DNA of 64,000 bases from Candidatus Gottesmanbacteria bacterium (GCA_023245415.1 JAHFKJ010000003.1:7196-71195), one strand, 5' to 3'. Numbered from the stretch's first letter, positions 49,225 through 59,930 are shown. Notes: a model not told the origin generated them from the sequence alone. Program-made: numbers and translations.

Positions 49225-50106
49225 ATGATCAGATTCATGCGCTTCAGTTTGCTTTATTTGATTATTTCAGGACTTATTATCATTCCTGGAATTTACTCTC
49301 TTGTCAAGTTTGGTCTTAGGCCGGCAATAGATTTTACCGGAGGGACTCTCATTGAAGTTATATTTGATTCGGGAAATACTGCAGTAGGCAGATCTGATAT
49401 TCAAAAAATTACTGATACGCAAAAACTGGAAGTAGGTTCAATTCAAGAGACCGGAGTGCGGGCATTTCTAATGCGCCTGAAACCGATTGATACCCATCAA
49501 CATCAGCAACTTTTGGATGCATTTCAAAAAGATTTGGGTAAGGTGACTGAATCGCGATTTGAAACGGTTGGACCTATATTGGGCAAAGAATTACTCGGAA
49601 AAACGTTTGTAGCGGCGATTCTTGCAATTCTTGTGATCTTATCATACGTTGCCTGGGCTTTTCGAGATGTGCGCTTTGGCGTGTCAGCGATTATAGCCAT
49701 GCTTCATGACGTGCTTATAGTTATTAGTGTTTACTCATTTTTAGGTTTTTTTAGGGGAGTTGAAGTAGATTCGTTATTTGTAACTGCAATTTTGACGACT
49801 ATGAGTTTCTCGGTGCATGATACGATTGTGGTATTTGATAGGATACGCGAGTTGCAGAAAAGAATATCCGGTATTCCTTTTGAACAACTGATAGATCAGT
49901 CTATGAATGAAACCATGGTTCGGTCATTGAATAATTCACTCACGATAGTGTTTATGTTGCTAGCACTGTTTTTACTGGGAGGAGCGACCATTAAATGGTT
50001 TGTACTAGCGCTATTAATTGGGACTATTTCCGGAACATATTCTTCTCCGTTTGTGGCAGCCCCAGTACTTTTCTTATGGCACAAAATTCGACATAAAAGA
50101 AAATGA
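49225..50106 (+). CDS. secF: Protein translocase subunit SecF
   Basis: IDFTGG, VGP..G.EL, HD, DTIVVFDRIRE, GTYSS. Confidence 0.97.
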   Translation: MIRFMRFSLLYLIISGLIIIPGIYSLVKFGLRPAIDFTGGTLIEVIFDSGNTAVGRSDIQKITDTQKLEVGSIQETGVRAFLMRLKPIDTHQHQQLLDAFQKDLGKVTESRFETVGPILGKELLGKTFVAAILAILVILSYVAWAFRDVRFGVSAIIAMLHDVLIVISVYSFLGFFRGVEVDSLFVTAILTTMSFSVHDTIVVFDRIRELQKRISGIPFEQLIDQSMNETMVRSLNNSLTIVFMLLALFLLGGATIKWFVLALLIGTISGTYSSPFVAAPVLFLWHKIRHKRK

Positions 50107-50199
50107 ATAAATAAATTTTTTATACTGAATAGTTCAACCTTTTTATAATCTGCATAGTTTTATTAAACCAAGACAAAATTTCTTTAGAACTTTTAGACT

Positions 50200-51585
50200 T
50201 TACGAAGTAATTAACTGATCAGTTTTAATCTTGTTACGTAAATATTGCAACAAGTCCTCTTTGTTATTCTTAAGCTTCTCTGAAATGACATCATTAAAAA
50301 GTTCATTGAGAATTTTTCCCACCTTGGGTCCAGGTTTAAGATTAAATAATTTCATAATTTCATATCCGTCCACTTTGAGATCAGCGACCGTAAACGGTTG
50401 TTTTTGAACTTCTTCGAGTCGCTTCATGTAGAGTCGAAGTCGCCAGGAAGTTTCACGTGCCCCACCACCTAAACGGTCACCAATACGCAAGTCAAGCATA
50501 TCTTGAAGGTTTTCAATGCCTACTCTTCTTATAAAACGGCGTAGTGTTGCATCAGTTTGATTTTCATCAACGGTAAATTGATGCCATCTAACTAACGTAA
50601 TCAGTTTTTCAGTATCTTTATTTGAAAAATTGAGTCGTTTAGCGATATTTTTAGTTATTCTGGCACCAACTACCTCATGATTGTAAAATGTAATTAGTTT
50701 TGAAGGCTCATCTTTATGAAATACTAAAGGTTTACCAATGTCATGTAATAATGTCGCAAAACGAACCACCGGATTTACGGAGGGACAATGTTTAAGTGAC
50801 AAAATCAAGTGCGTGCCTACATCGTATATATGGTGTCGTTTGGGACTTTGTTGTGGGACTCCGAAGCATGTTTCAAGCTCTGGTAAAATTTGCGCAATAA
50901 TTCCCGCGTTTTTAAGCAACATTATGCCATCAGAAGGATAGTGGCTTTTCATGATGTGCATGAGTTCCTGACGAAGGCGATCTGCTGATATATTTTTAAG
51001 TAACTTTACGTTTTGTTGAATTGCCGTAAATGTCGCAGGTTCAATGGTAAATCCAAGTTCAGTAGCTATTCTAATAGCTCGAAGTATACGCAATGCATCT
51101 TCATGAAAGCGTGTGTCAGGATTACCAACACATCTTACTATATTTTGTTCAAGATCTAATTGTCCTTGATATGGATCAATTAACTTTTTACCATCATAAG
51201 CGATCGCACCAATCGTAAAATCACGTCTCCCTAAGTCTTCTTCAAGCGATTTCCCCCAAGTTACCTTATCAGGATGTCGTTTGTCAGTGTAGTCACTTTC
51301 ATGGCGGTAGGTAGTAACCTCATACACATCTTCTACCCAAGATTCATTTGTTTGACGTTTTGACGAGCGAATTTTTATACCTACTGTGCCAAATTCATTA
51401 TCGTAAAAACAGTCGGGGAATAGTTTTTGAATTTCCTGCGGAGTTGCATTTGTAGTGAAATCCCATGCATGTGTAGGACGATTCAGGAGCAGATCACGAA
51501 TTGACCCTCCAACCGCAAAGCATTCAAAGCCCTGGTCGGTAAACGTTTTTATTATGGATAAAACTGATTGTGGTAGTTGTAGCAT
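50200..51585 (-). CDS. cca: CCA tRNA nucleotidyltransferase with HD domain
   Basis: VGGSIRD, D.TT, EVTTYR, DLGRRDFT, EDALRILRA, LLHDIGK. Start ATG 51585 lies 6 nt after TATAAT. Confidence 0.88.
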   Translation of the reverse strand: MLQLPQSVLSIIKTFTDQGFECFAVGGSIRDLLLNRPTHAWDFTTNATPQEIQKLFPDCFYDNEFGTVGIKIRSSKRQTNESWVEDVYEVTTYRHESDYTDKRHPDKVTWGKSLEEDLGRRDFTIGAIAYDGKKLIDPYQGQLDLEQNIVRCVGNPDTRFHEDALRILRAIRIATELGFTIEPATFTAIQQNVKLLKNISADRLRQELMHIMKSHYPSDGIMLLKNAGIIAQILPELETCFGVPQQSPKRHHIYDVGTHLILSLKHCPSVNPVVRFATLLHDIGKPLVFHKDEPSKLITFYNHEVVGARITKNIAKRLNFSNKDTEKLITLVRWHQFTVDENQTDATLRRFIRRVGIENLQDMLDLRIGDRLGGGARETSWRLRLYMKRLEEVQKQPFTVADLKVDGYEIMKLFNLKPGPKVGKILNELFNDVISEKLKNNKEDLLQYLRNKIKTDQLITS

Positions 51586-51603
51586 ACTGGTATTATACCT
51601 TGT
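51586..51603. promoter_or_regulatory. Putative bidirectional -10 element between divergent cca and recJ
   Basis: TATTATA core reads TATTAT on the top strand and TATAAT on the bottom strand, 7 and 6 nt from the two ATGs. Confidence 0.6.
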
Positions 51604-53292
51604 ATGTATAACCGTTGGAAAATTCAAGAGACTTTTCAAAAAAATAACGGCGAGATTTCACCAGAAACAATTATACAAACTATTCTTCATAATCGGGGAA
51701 TATTTAATAGTGCTATATCCGATTTTTTAGATCCACCAGATCCAAATACTTTTACGCCTGTTCAAGTAGAAATTGACCAGAATGTTCTTCAAAAAGCAAT
51801 TACGCGAATACAAAAAGCGATTGAAAGTAAGGAATCAGTTATTGTCTACGCGGACTATGACGCAGATGGAGTATCAGCCGGTTCTATCATGTGGGAAACA
51901 CTTCATACTTTAGGGGCCAATGTTATGCCGTATATTCCGCATCGGGTTGAGGAAGGATATGGATTGTCTGTCAAAGGTATTGATGCAGTAAAAAGCAAAT
52001 ATAATCCTTCATTAATTATTACAGTTGACCACGGGATTACCGCTCGTGAAAAAGTCAGCTATGCCCAAAAACAGAATATTGAAGTTATCGTAACTGACCA
52101 TCATGTCAAACCTCTGTTACTGCCGAACTGTCTCATTGTTCATACAACCAAAATGTGTGGTGCAGGCGTTGCCTGGTTTGTTGCAAAAGAGCTGCTAAAA
52201 ATAGCTGATCAGCTAACCCCCGAATTCTCGGACGAATTATTAGTACTTGCGTGTATCGGAACAATTGCAGATATGGTTCCGTTAATCGATGTAAATAGAG
52301 CAATCGCAAGATATGGATTGCAGAAACTTAATAAGACCAGTCGTGTTGGTCTAAAAGCGTTAATTAAAGAATCGGGTTTAATGATGGGTAGTATAGAAGC
52401 TTATTCAATCTCTCATGTTATAGCTCCAAGGTTGAATGCCATGGGTCGACTAGATCATGCTTTGGATGCATTGCGGTTATTGTGTACAAAACAGGAAAAA
52501 AAAGCGCTAACCCTGTCCCAAAAGTTAGGTGAAATTAACCGCGAGCGCCAGGATCTGACTTCTGAAACAGCCCGGAATGCTAAATCTATATTAGAAAAGC
52601 AAATTCAAAAGAGCGGCTCATCAAAATTAATTTTTGTAGCAGATGATCTGTTTAATCAGGGCGTCATCGGTTTAGTAGCGGGGAAACTTGTTGAAACCTA
52701 TTACCGTCCGGCGATTGTTGTTGCCCGGGGTGAATTTGTTTCCTAAGCTTCGGCAAGGTCAATACACGGCTTCAATATTATTGAATTTATTCGCAGTTGT
52801 AGTGATTTGCTGGTTGATATGGGTGGACATCCCATGGCAGCAGGTTTTACTGTCGAGACAAGTAAATTGAAACTTCTTCAGAATCGACTCGAACAAGCGA
52901 TCGAAGATAAATTGAGTCAAAGTTTACTTGAACGAATACTGATCGTCGACGCAGAAATTCCATTAATGGTTATAACTCGTCAGTTTTGGGATAGTATCCA
53001 AGTATTTGCTCCTTTTGGAATAGGAAATTATATTCCGGTATTTGCCTCAAAAAACGTGAATATTACAGACAAGCGATTGTTAGGAGCCGAAGGTAAACAT
53101 TTGAAATTAAAAGTTAATGATGAGGATTCGCTTCATAAAAATCAGATATTTGATGTTGTTGGGTTTAACCTGGGTCATCTTTATAGTAAAATTTCGCTCC
53201 ATAAGCCTGTTGATATAGCATATGCTGTAGATTTAAATCAATGGAATGGGTATACTAATTTACAATTAAAATTAAAAGATATAATTATATGA
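51604..53292 (+). pseudogene. recJ: ssDNA exonuclease RecJ interrupted by one in-frame TAA (52744-52746)
   Basis: DYDADG, TVDHG, TDHH, PRLNA.GR, then VS*ASARSI...GGHPMAAGF in the same frame. Could be a sequencing error. Confidence 0.85.
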
Positions 53293-54680
53293 GAATTCTT
53301 GCAAATCAAACACTAGACAAAATCGGCCAGGAAATCGAGTTGTGTGGTTGGATTGATAAGATCCGCAGTCATGGAAAAATTATTTTTTTGGATCTACGGG
53401 ATCGCAGTGGAATTATTCAATTGGTAGCAACGAACGAACGGATAAGAGTCGGATTGGAGGATGTAGTTACCGTAAAAGGCAGAGTTAAAAAAAGACCGGA
53501 AAATCTGATAAACCCAAAACTAATGACCGGCACTATCGAAATTGAGGTTATAAAGCTCATTACTTTAACTATAGCCAAAGATTTGCCTTTTCCAATTAAT
53601 ACAGATGGATATGAAATAAACGAAGAAATTAGATCTAAATATCGGTATCTGGATATAAGACGGCCGCGCATGATTAAAAATCTCAGGCTGCGTTCTCAAG
53701 TGACGACGTTTATAAGAAATTTCCTCACCGCCCAAGACTTCGTAGAAATAGAAACTCCGCTACTTACCAAAACAACTCCGGAGGGAGCGCGAGATTTTAT
53801 CGTACCATCACGGTTGCAACGAGGTAAATTTTACGCACTGCCTCAATCTCCTCAACAGTACAAACAACTGTTGATGGTGGCAGGAGTCGAACGCTATTTT
53901 CAAATCGTCCGTTGTTTTCGCGATGAGGATCCGCGTGCAGATCGGGCTTATGGAGAATTTACTCAGCTGGATATGGAATTATCATTTGTTTCCCAGGAAG
54001 ATATACTGCGTCTTACCGAAGATATGTTTACGCAGGTTATTTCAAAAATTTTTCCAGACAAATATATTTCTCAAGTTCCCTGGCCGCGAATCCCGCATAA
54101 AATAGCTAAAGAAAAATACGGTACAGACAAACCTGACATACGCAAAAATAAACAGGATCCCAACGAATTAGCATTTTCCTGGACACTTGATTTTCCGTTG
54201 TTTACACAGCAATCACAAAAAGATTATTACTATGGATCGGGAAATTCTAAATTCGCACCATCTCATCACATGTTCACCGCACCGCACCCGGATGATGTTC
54301 CTTTGCTTGAAGAAAATCCCATGAAAGTTAGAGGTTTACAACATGATTTGGTGCTTAATGGATACGAAGTTGGAGGAGGAAGTATCAGAATTCACGATTC
54401 AAAAGTTCAGGAAAAAATATTTGAACTTATCGGTTTTACTCCTCGACAAAAACAACAATTCGAGCATATGTTGACGGCTTTTACATACGGTGTGCCTCCT
54501 CACGGCGGAATTGCTCCCGGGATAGATCGATTTATGATGGCAGTTTTGGGAGAACCAAGTGTACGGGAGGTTATGGCGTTTCCCACTTCCGCCTCTGGAC
54601 AGACGAGTGTTATGGATGCGCCAAGCCAGGTAACTGAAAAACAGCTGGCAGAACTAGGCCTGATTCTGGGTATAAATTAA
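53289..54680 (+). CDS. aspS: Aspartate--tRNA ligase (short form)
   Basis: FLDLRDRSG, PEGARDF, LPQSPQ, CFRDED, GGGSIR, YG.PPHGG. Confidence 0.96.
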   Translation: MRILANQTLDKIGQEIELCGWIDKIRSHGKIIFLDLRDRSGIIQLVATNERIRVGLEDVVTVKGRVKKRPENLINPKLMTGTIEIEVIKLITLTIAKDLPFPINTDGYEINEEIRSKYRYLDIRRPRMIKNLRLRSQVTTFIRNFLTAQDFVEIETPLLTKTTPEGARDFIVPSRLQRGKFYALPQSPQQYKQLLMVAGVERYFQIVRCFRDEDPRADRAYGEFTQLDMELSFVSQEDILRLTEDMFTQVISKIFPDKYISQVPWPRIPHKIAKEKYGTDKPDIRKNKQDPNELAFSWTLDFPLFTQQSQKDYYYGSGNSKFAPSHHMFTAPHPDDVPLLEENPMKVRGLQHDLVLNGYEVGGGSIRIHDSKVQEKIFELIGFTPRQKQQFEHMLTAFTYGVPPHGGIAPGIDRFMMAVLGEPSVREVMAFPTSASGQTSVMDAPSQVTEKQLAELGLILGIN

Positions 54681-54723
54681 TCAAATCACAAATAAGCTTG
54701 AGACTAATATATCTTAACATTGC

Positions 54724-55698
54724 ATGCCCAAAAAAAATCCATATAAAAATATAAAATCTCATACCTTTGGGAAAGCTATTTCTTACAAATGGTTATATAT
54801 CATAGGAATTAGTATTTTGGTCATGCTTTTGCCTGTGCAAAATGGATACGCGTTGCGTTCTATTTTTGAAACCTACGAAACTCAGACTGAATTAGTGCCT
54901 CCTATTCCAGCGTCTGTGCCAGTTGATTTACATATATCCAGTCCACCTGATCTATCAGCTGAAGCCATTGCAATAACGGATGTTGGGTCGAATGTCAGGA
55001 TGTATCAAAAGAACGCTAATGCGCGTTTGTATCCCGCCTCAATTACCAAAATTATGACGGCACTTGTCGCTCAAGAAGCATATCGGCTTGAAGAAGTAGT
55101 CACTGTAGAAAAATTGACAGACGAAGGCCAGGTAATGGGATTGAAGCCAAACGAATCAATTACTGTGGAGAATTTATTATATGGAATATTGGTACATTCA
55201 GCAAATGATGCAGCGTATGTTTTAGCAGCGCATTATCCCAGAGGCGTTGCAGGATTTGTACAGCGAATGAATGAAAAAGCCTTTGAGCTTAATTTGAAGG
55301 ATACGCATTTTGCAAATCCTAGTGGTCTGGATGATCCAGAAAATTATTCAACCGCTTCAGATATTAGCACTCTTAGTATATTTGCTCTAAAAAATCCTGT
55401 CATTAGTAAAATTGTCAGCGTGCCTCAAATAACGGTATCCGACATTAATTTCGTGACTTTTCACAATTTGAAAAACGTTAATGAATTATTAGGAAAAATT
55501 CCCGGGGTATCCGGGTTTAAAACCGGTTTTACCCAAACAGCAGGTCAGTCACTCGTGACTACAGTACAAAGAAATAACCACAAAATTATTATTGTCGTAC
55601 TCAAAAGCACAGATCGATTTAAAGAGACCGAAGAATTGGTTACTTGGGTTTTTCCTAACTTTGCCTGGCAGGAGTTGGGTCCTAAAGAAATGAAATAA
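54724..55698 (+). CDS. D-alanyl-D-alanine carboxypeptidase (peptidase S11)
   Basis: PASITK, SAN, KTG motifs; N-terminal TM. Confidence 0.92.
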   Translation: MPKKNPYKNIKSHTFGKAISYKWLYIIGISILVMLLPVQNGYALRSIFETYETQTELVPPIPASVPVDLHISSPPDLSAEAIAITDVGSNVRMYQKNANARLYPASITKIMTALVAQEAYRLEEVVTVEKLTDEGQVMGLKPNESITVENLLYGILVHSANDAAYVLAAHYPRGVAGFVQRMNEKAFELNLKDTHFANPSGLDDPENYSTASDISTLSIFALKNPVISKIVSVPQITVSDINFVTFHNLKNVNELLGKIPGVSGFKTGFTQTAGQSLVTTVQRNNHKIIIVVLKSTDRFKETEELVTWVFPNFAWQELGPKEMK

Positions 55699-55705
55699 AG
55701 ATTTA

Positions 55706-56758
55706 TTATTCTGTCCACGGCATAGCCACAGCCGAAACATAAGCTAAAAATTTGTTTTCACCTTCAAAAACAAATACAGGTTGTAAAAAAAATTGTGATT
55801 CCCGGCTATCGTATAATGCAAGCGAAATATTTGTGATTGTAAATTGAGTTTGATTAGGAGTATATGAGGCAAAATATCCCTGACTAGACTGTAGTTCCTC
55901 CCAAGCTTCCGTACTCGTTTTTAACTTATAGATACCAACAGTCTTAATATCAATAGGCCAATAATTATTACGGGCATACAATATACGTTTATCCGATTTT
56001 TTAGAACTGCCCAAAATAATTTCAATTAACCCCTCATTTGGTCTATCTGTCAGAACTCTAAATCCGTTTAAATTATTACGAAATAAATCAACTCGGACGG
56101 CGTCTGCTTGAGATTGACTAGTAGTTACAACAAGTTGATCACCTTCGAGCTTTAAATAAGTAAAAGTTGGTTTAGCAATGTTTAAATCTGAAATTCCTAG
56201 GTTCGATGTTTGTAAAAAATTTATTACTTCGCCCATGGTTTGTTCCCTAGTAGGAACATTTCTTTCAGTAAATAGTGTCAGATCATGAGCGTATGCATAT
56301 TCGAGAGTAAAATGGTTGCTAACAGTGTCCAGTTCAATTAGACGTAAAGGATTTTTGGTATCAATCCAACGGTACACCGTATCTTTTATCAAATGGGGAG
56401 TAGAAGTAAAACCTAGTTTACCTACAAAAGTTTGCGCTTTGGAAAGTGAAAGTAAGTTCACTCTATTTTTAGGCATGAAATAAACCCGTGCTGCACTAGA
56501 TGCAACTGGTATTTTGCCTTCAATCGTTTGAAGAGTAAATTTAAGTTGTCCCGAAGGTGAGGCAACTTCCGGGAAATTTAGTTTATAAAGTTTCCCAAAG
56601 TAGTTATTAGGTCTTAAGGGTGGTGGCGGCAGAACGTTTTTGATCACGTCAACGATATAAATAAAAATCAGACGAATGAATATAAAAACTACAAATCCAA
56701 TTATGCTCCATTTGATAATTTTTCTAGAATAATAGGCAGTTTCTGTTAGCGTCGCCAT
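55706..56758 (-). CDS. Membrane-anchored hypothetical protein
   Basis: N-terminal TM, proline run, C-terminal LQPVFVF; 350-aa ORF. Confidence 0.8.
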   Translation of the reverse strand: MATLTETAYYSRKIIKWSIIGFVVFIFIRLIFIYIVDVIKNVLPPPPLRPNNYFGKLYKLNFPEVASPSGQLKFTLQTIEGKIPVASSAARVYFMPKNRVNLLSLSKAQTFVGKLGFTSTPHLIKDTVYRWIDTKNPLRLIELDTVSNHFTLEYAYAHDLTLFTERNVPTREQTMGEVINFLQTSNLGISDLNIAKPTFTYLKLEGDQLVVTTSQSQADAVRVDLFRNNLNGFRVLTDRPNEGLIEIILGSSKKSDKRILYARNNYWPIDIKTVGIYKLKTSTEAWEELQSSQGYFASYTPNQTQFTITNISLALYDSRESQFFLQPVFVFEGENKFLAYVSAVAMPWTE

Positions 56759-56874
56759 ACACTATCTATTTATTAGTTGTGATAAGATCTTCTGTAATTT
56801 TATTCCTTAGGATGATTCCGGTTTAATCGGGATCACTTTGAGTATACGGTGCGAGCGTGTTAGAATCAACCTGT

Positions 56875-58299
56875 ATGCAGACAGTAAGAACAAGAATTGC
56901 GCCATCTCCGAGTGGAAATCTACATGTTGGGACGGCTCACACGGCATTATTTAACTTTTTCTTTGCCCGGCATTTTAAGGGCAAGTTTATTTTGCGGATT
57001 GATGATAGCGATCAATCTCGATCTCAGAAAAAATACGAAATAAACATCATTGAGAGTTTACGGTGGTTAGGTATTCAATGGGATGAAGGCCCTGATATCG
57101 GCGGTCCATATTCGCCGTATAGACAAAGTGAGCGTAAGAATACATATCACACCTATTTAGAAAAACTGCTGTATGACGGAAACGCCTATTACTGCTACTG
57201 TACGCCAGATGAATTAAATTCGGAGAGAAAACTGCAAGAACAGCAAAAGATCGCAACTAAATATAGCGGAAAATGCAGTTTATTAACGAAGGCCGACACA
57301 CAAGAATTAATAGACCAGGGTCGCAAACCTGCCGTACGATTTAAAAATCCTTGCGCTCGAATTACTTTCACAGATCTTATTCGCGGGACGATAACTGTTG
57401 ACACTTCATTATTTGGGGATTTTATTATCGCTCGCAGTGATGGTACTACACTACTCAATTTAGCGGCAACGATTGACGATATTGAAATGAAAATTACACA
57501 CGCCATACGCGGAGAGGATTTTCTAAACCTAGTTCCGCGGCAGATACTTTTATTTAATGCGTTAGGATATATTCCACCTCAATTTGCTCATCTCTCTTTT
57601 TTATATGCCCCCGACAAAACTAAATTAAGTAAACGGCATGGTGCAACCTCGGTGACCGAATATAAAGATATGGGTATTCTTCCCGAAGCAATGATTAATT
57701 ATCTAGCTACACTAGGATGGGCGATTCCTCCAGCAATTATTGAACGGAATAAACTAAAAGGAGTAGCTGAGGAAATTGTAAGTTTCCAAGAAATTATCGA
57801 AAATTTTCAAATTGAAGATGTGAAATCATCGGCTCCGATTTTTGATATCGAAAAATTAAAATGGATGAATGGAGTATATATCCGATCATTGTCTGACGAA
57901 CAACTCTTTAAACGCGTCGAGAATTTAATTCCTCAAGATGTAGATAAAAAACGCACATTAAGAATTGCAGCGTTAGCTAAAAATCGGATGAAAACCTTAA
58001 ATGATTTCACGATGTATCTTAAACCTTTTCTTCATTATGTGACGGTAAAACTCGAAAACAATCAACATGAACTAGTGTCTAAGTTTCTGCCACAATTTAA
58101 CACCATCAAAAATTGGAATGCTGTTGAACTTGAATCAATTTGTAAGCAAATCGTTAATGATGGACAGCTGTCAATTCGAGATACATTTATGGCTTTACGG
58201 CTCGCCGTTACCGGTGAAAAAATCGGACTACCATTATTTGAAACACTCGATATTATGGGTAAAAAAGAGGTGTTAAGTCGAATGGAAAAAGTAGAGTAA
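56875..58299 (+). CDS. gltX: Glutamate--tRNA ligase
   Basis: RTRIAPSPSG.LHVG, RQSER, ITHAIRGED, KLSKR, LR.AVTG. Confidence 0.96.
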   Translation: MQTVRTRIAPSPSGNLHVGTAHTALFNFFFARHFKGKFILRIDDSDQSRSQKKYEINIIESLRWLGIQWDEGPDIGGPYSPYRQSERKNTYHTYLEKLLYDGNAYYCYCTPDELNSERKLQEQQKIATKYSGKCSLLTKADTQELIDQGRKPAVRFKNPCARITFTDLIRGTITVDTSLFGDFIIARSDGTTLLNLAATIDDIEMKITHAIRGEDFLNLVPRQILLFNALGYIPPQFAHLSFLYAPDKTKLSKRHGATSVTEYKDMGILPEAMINYLATLGWAIPPAIIERNKLKGVAEEIVSFQEIIENFQIEDVKSSAPIFDIEKLKWMNGVYIRSLSDEQLFKRVENLIPQDVDKKRTLRIAALAKNRMKTLNDFTMYLKPFLHYVTVKLENNQHELVSKFLPQFNTIKNWNAVELESICKQIVNDGQLSIRDTFMALRLAVTGEKIGLPLFETLDIMGKKEVLSRMEKVE

Positions 58300-58302
58300 T
58301 TA

Positions 58303-59166
58303 TTAAAAAGTTTCCTGCCAGTGTGGGTTTACATCCACTTGCAGATCGAGAAATATTTTTTTGCCAGTTGCTGCCTCAAGTTCTTTTCGGGTTAAAATAC
58401 CGATTTCTTTGATCATCGCTCCATTTTTACCAATAATCATGACTTTATAACGATCTGCGGTTGTCACTATACGCCCTTTTATATACAGGGTATGTTGATT
58501 GCGATTCTCGATAGTGTCAACTTGTGTTTGAACTGTATATGGTAATTCTTTACGCATTAGTAAAAATACTTTTTCTCGGATAATTTCAGAAAGATAAAGT
58601 TTGCTGTCTAAGTTTAGTCCTGGTTGTATCATATTCGTTGTGTCAACGAGTTTCTCGCCTATAGGCAGTAGATCAAAGATTGCATTCATTAAGAGATTTA
58701 AATTAAAGTGAGTTAGAGCAGAGACTTGTATCACTGGTTGAAACTCCGCTTCATAAAAAGAATATTCCGCCCAAAAATCAGGTGTTTTTATATCAGCTTT
58801 ATTTACAACGAGTATCTTTGGTTTGGTAATTTTTCTAACCCAGCCCAATATACGGTTCTCTTCTTTATCACGTGAACGGGTGTGATCAATTACGTAAACG
58901 ACTAAGTCAAACTCTTCCTGCTTATAAAACGCTTCCAAATTGTGGTTTATTGTTCGTGAGAGAGTATCCTCGGCTTTGCCAAACATTCCCGGTGTATCTA
59001 TAAAAATTATTTGACCTCTTTCGTCCTCGTATACCGCCTCCAGAGGAAAGCGCGTGGTTTGTGGTTTTGGTGACGTGATGGATACTTTGTGCCCCAGAAG
59101 GTTATTAAGTAGAGTTGATTTGCCCGAGTTGGGTCGACCGGTCAATAGAACTTTACCAACTTTCAT
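58303..59166 (-). CDS. era: GTPase Era
   Basis: GRPNSGKSTL, PQTTR, DTPG, NKAD, EIIREK, ELPY, IIGKNG; start at MKVGKV. Confidence 0.96.
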   Translation of the reverse strand: MKVGKVLLTGRPNSGKSTLLNNLLGHKVSITSPKPQTTRFPLEAVYEDERGQIIFIDTPGMFGKAEDTLSRTINHNLEAFYKQEEFDLVVYVIDHTRSRDKEENRILGWVRKITKPKILVVNKADIKTPDFWAEYSFYEAEFQPVIQVSALTHFNLNLLMNAIFDLLPIGEKLVDTTNMIQPGLNLDSKLYLSEIIREKVFLLMRKELPYTVQTQVDTIENRNQHTLYIKGRIVTTADRYKVMIIGKNGAMIKEIGILTRKELEAATGKKIFLDLQVDVNPHWQETF

Positions 59167-59385
59167 AGGGGTAATTGTAACATATACTATATCCGATCTA
59201 ATCTTTATGAACACAGAAATAGAAATAATCAAAAGCAGCCAAAGCTTGATGATTGCCAGGAATTGATTTTTAAATTAAACGGCATCAGAAACAGTTCACC
59301 GTTCATATCTGTAAGGCATAAAATAACCTAACTTGATCTTAAATGTAAAAATCTATATGCTTATCATCACGAAAAAGGAATATAT

Positions 59386-59865
59386 ATGCCGCACAAAGAA
59401 AAATCGATAAATTACACGATTTTTGGAATAATTGGAGTTGCTTTAGTCTTATTGCTTCTTATTATCATGTCAAAGAGAAAGTTGAGTCCTGCAATTCTTC
59501 ATCCCCAAACAACTCCTAAATTGACCGCTGAAAATGAATTCTCCCAAAATATTCCTGATGGAACAGATGTAATTGGGTCCAGTCCAAAAAGTATAATTTC
59601 TAACACAGAAAGTCAAAAATTGACACTTGCACTAATTTCTCCTGCAAATGGCAGTACAGTAAAGACTCAGGTAATTCTAGTAAAAGGTAAAACATTGGCC
59701 AACGCAGAAGTTTTTGTGAATGAAATAGATGCTAAGGCAGATGCAAATGGCAATTTTAGCGTGAGTTATACATTGGAAGAAGGTGAAAATTATCTTGTCA
59801 TAGGAGCAAATAGTACCCAAGGTGCTTATCGGGAGACAGAGGTGAAGGTAACTTATGAACCTTAG
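59386..59865 (+). CDS. Membrane-anchored protein with a C-terminal Ig-like domain
   Basis: TM helix; SP.NG, V.G.T, G.F, L.EG.N beta-sandwich pattern. Confidence 0.75.
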   Translation: MPHKEKSINYTIFGIIGVALVLLLLIIMSKRKLSPAILHPQTTPKLTAENEFSQNIPDGTDVIGSSPKSIISNTESQKLTLALISPANGSTVKTQVILVKGKTLANAEVFVNEIDAKADANGNFSVSYTLEEGENYLVIGANSTQGAYRETEVKVTYEP

Positions 59866-59930
59866 GATCCTGTTTATGAACCTTTTTGCAAGCTTATATG
59901 TATCACATTTTGAATAGAAAGGACTTATAA

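Noticed and set aside
52744-52746. Stop-codon reassignment or programmed readthrough in recJ
   Set aside because: The codon is TAA, which terminates many genes here; TGA also acts as a stop (e.g. hup, recA), so code 25 does not apply.
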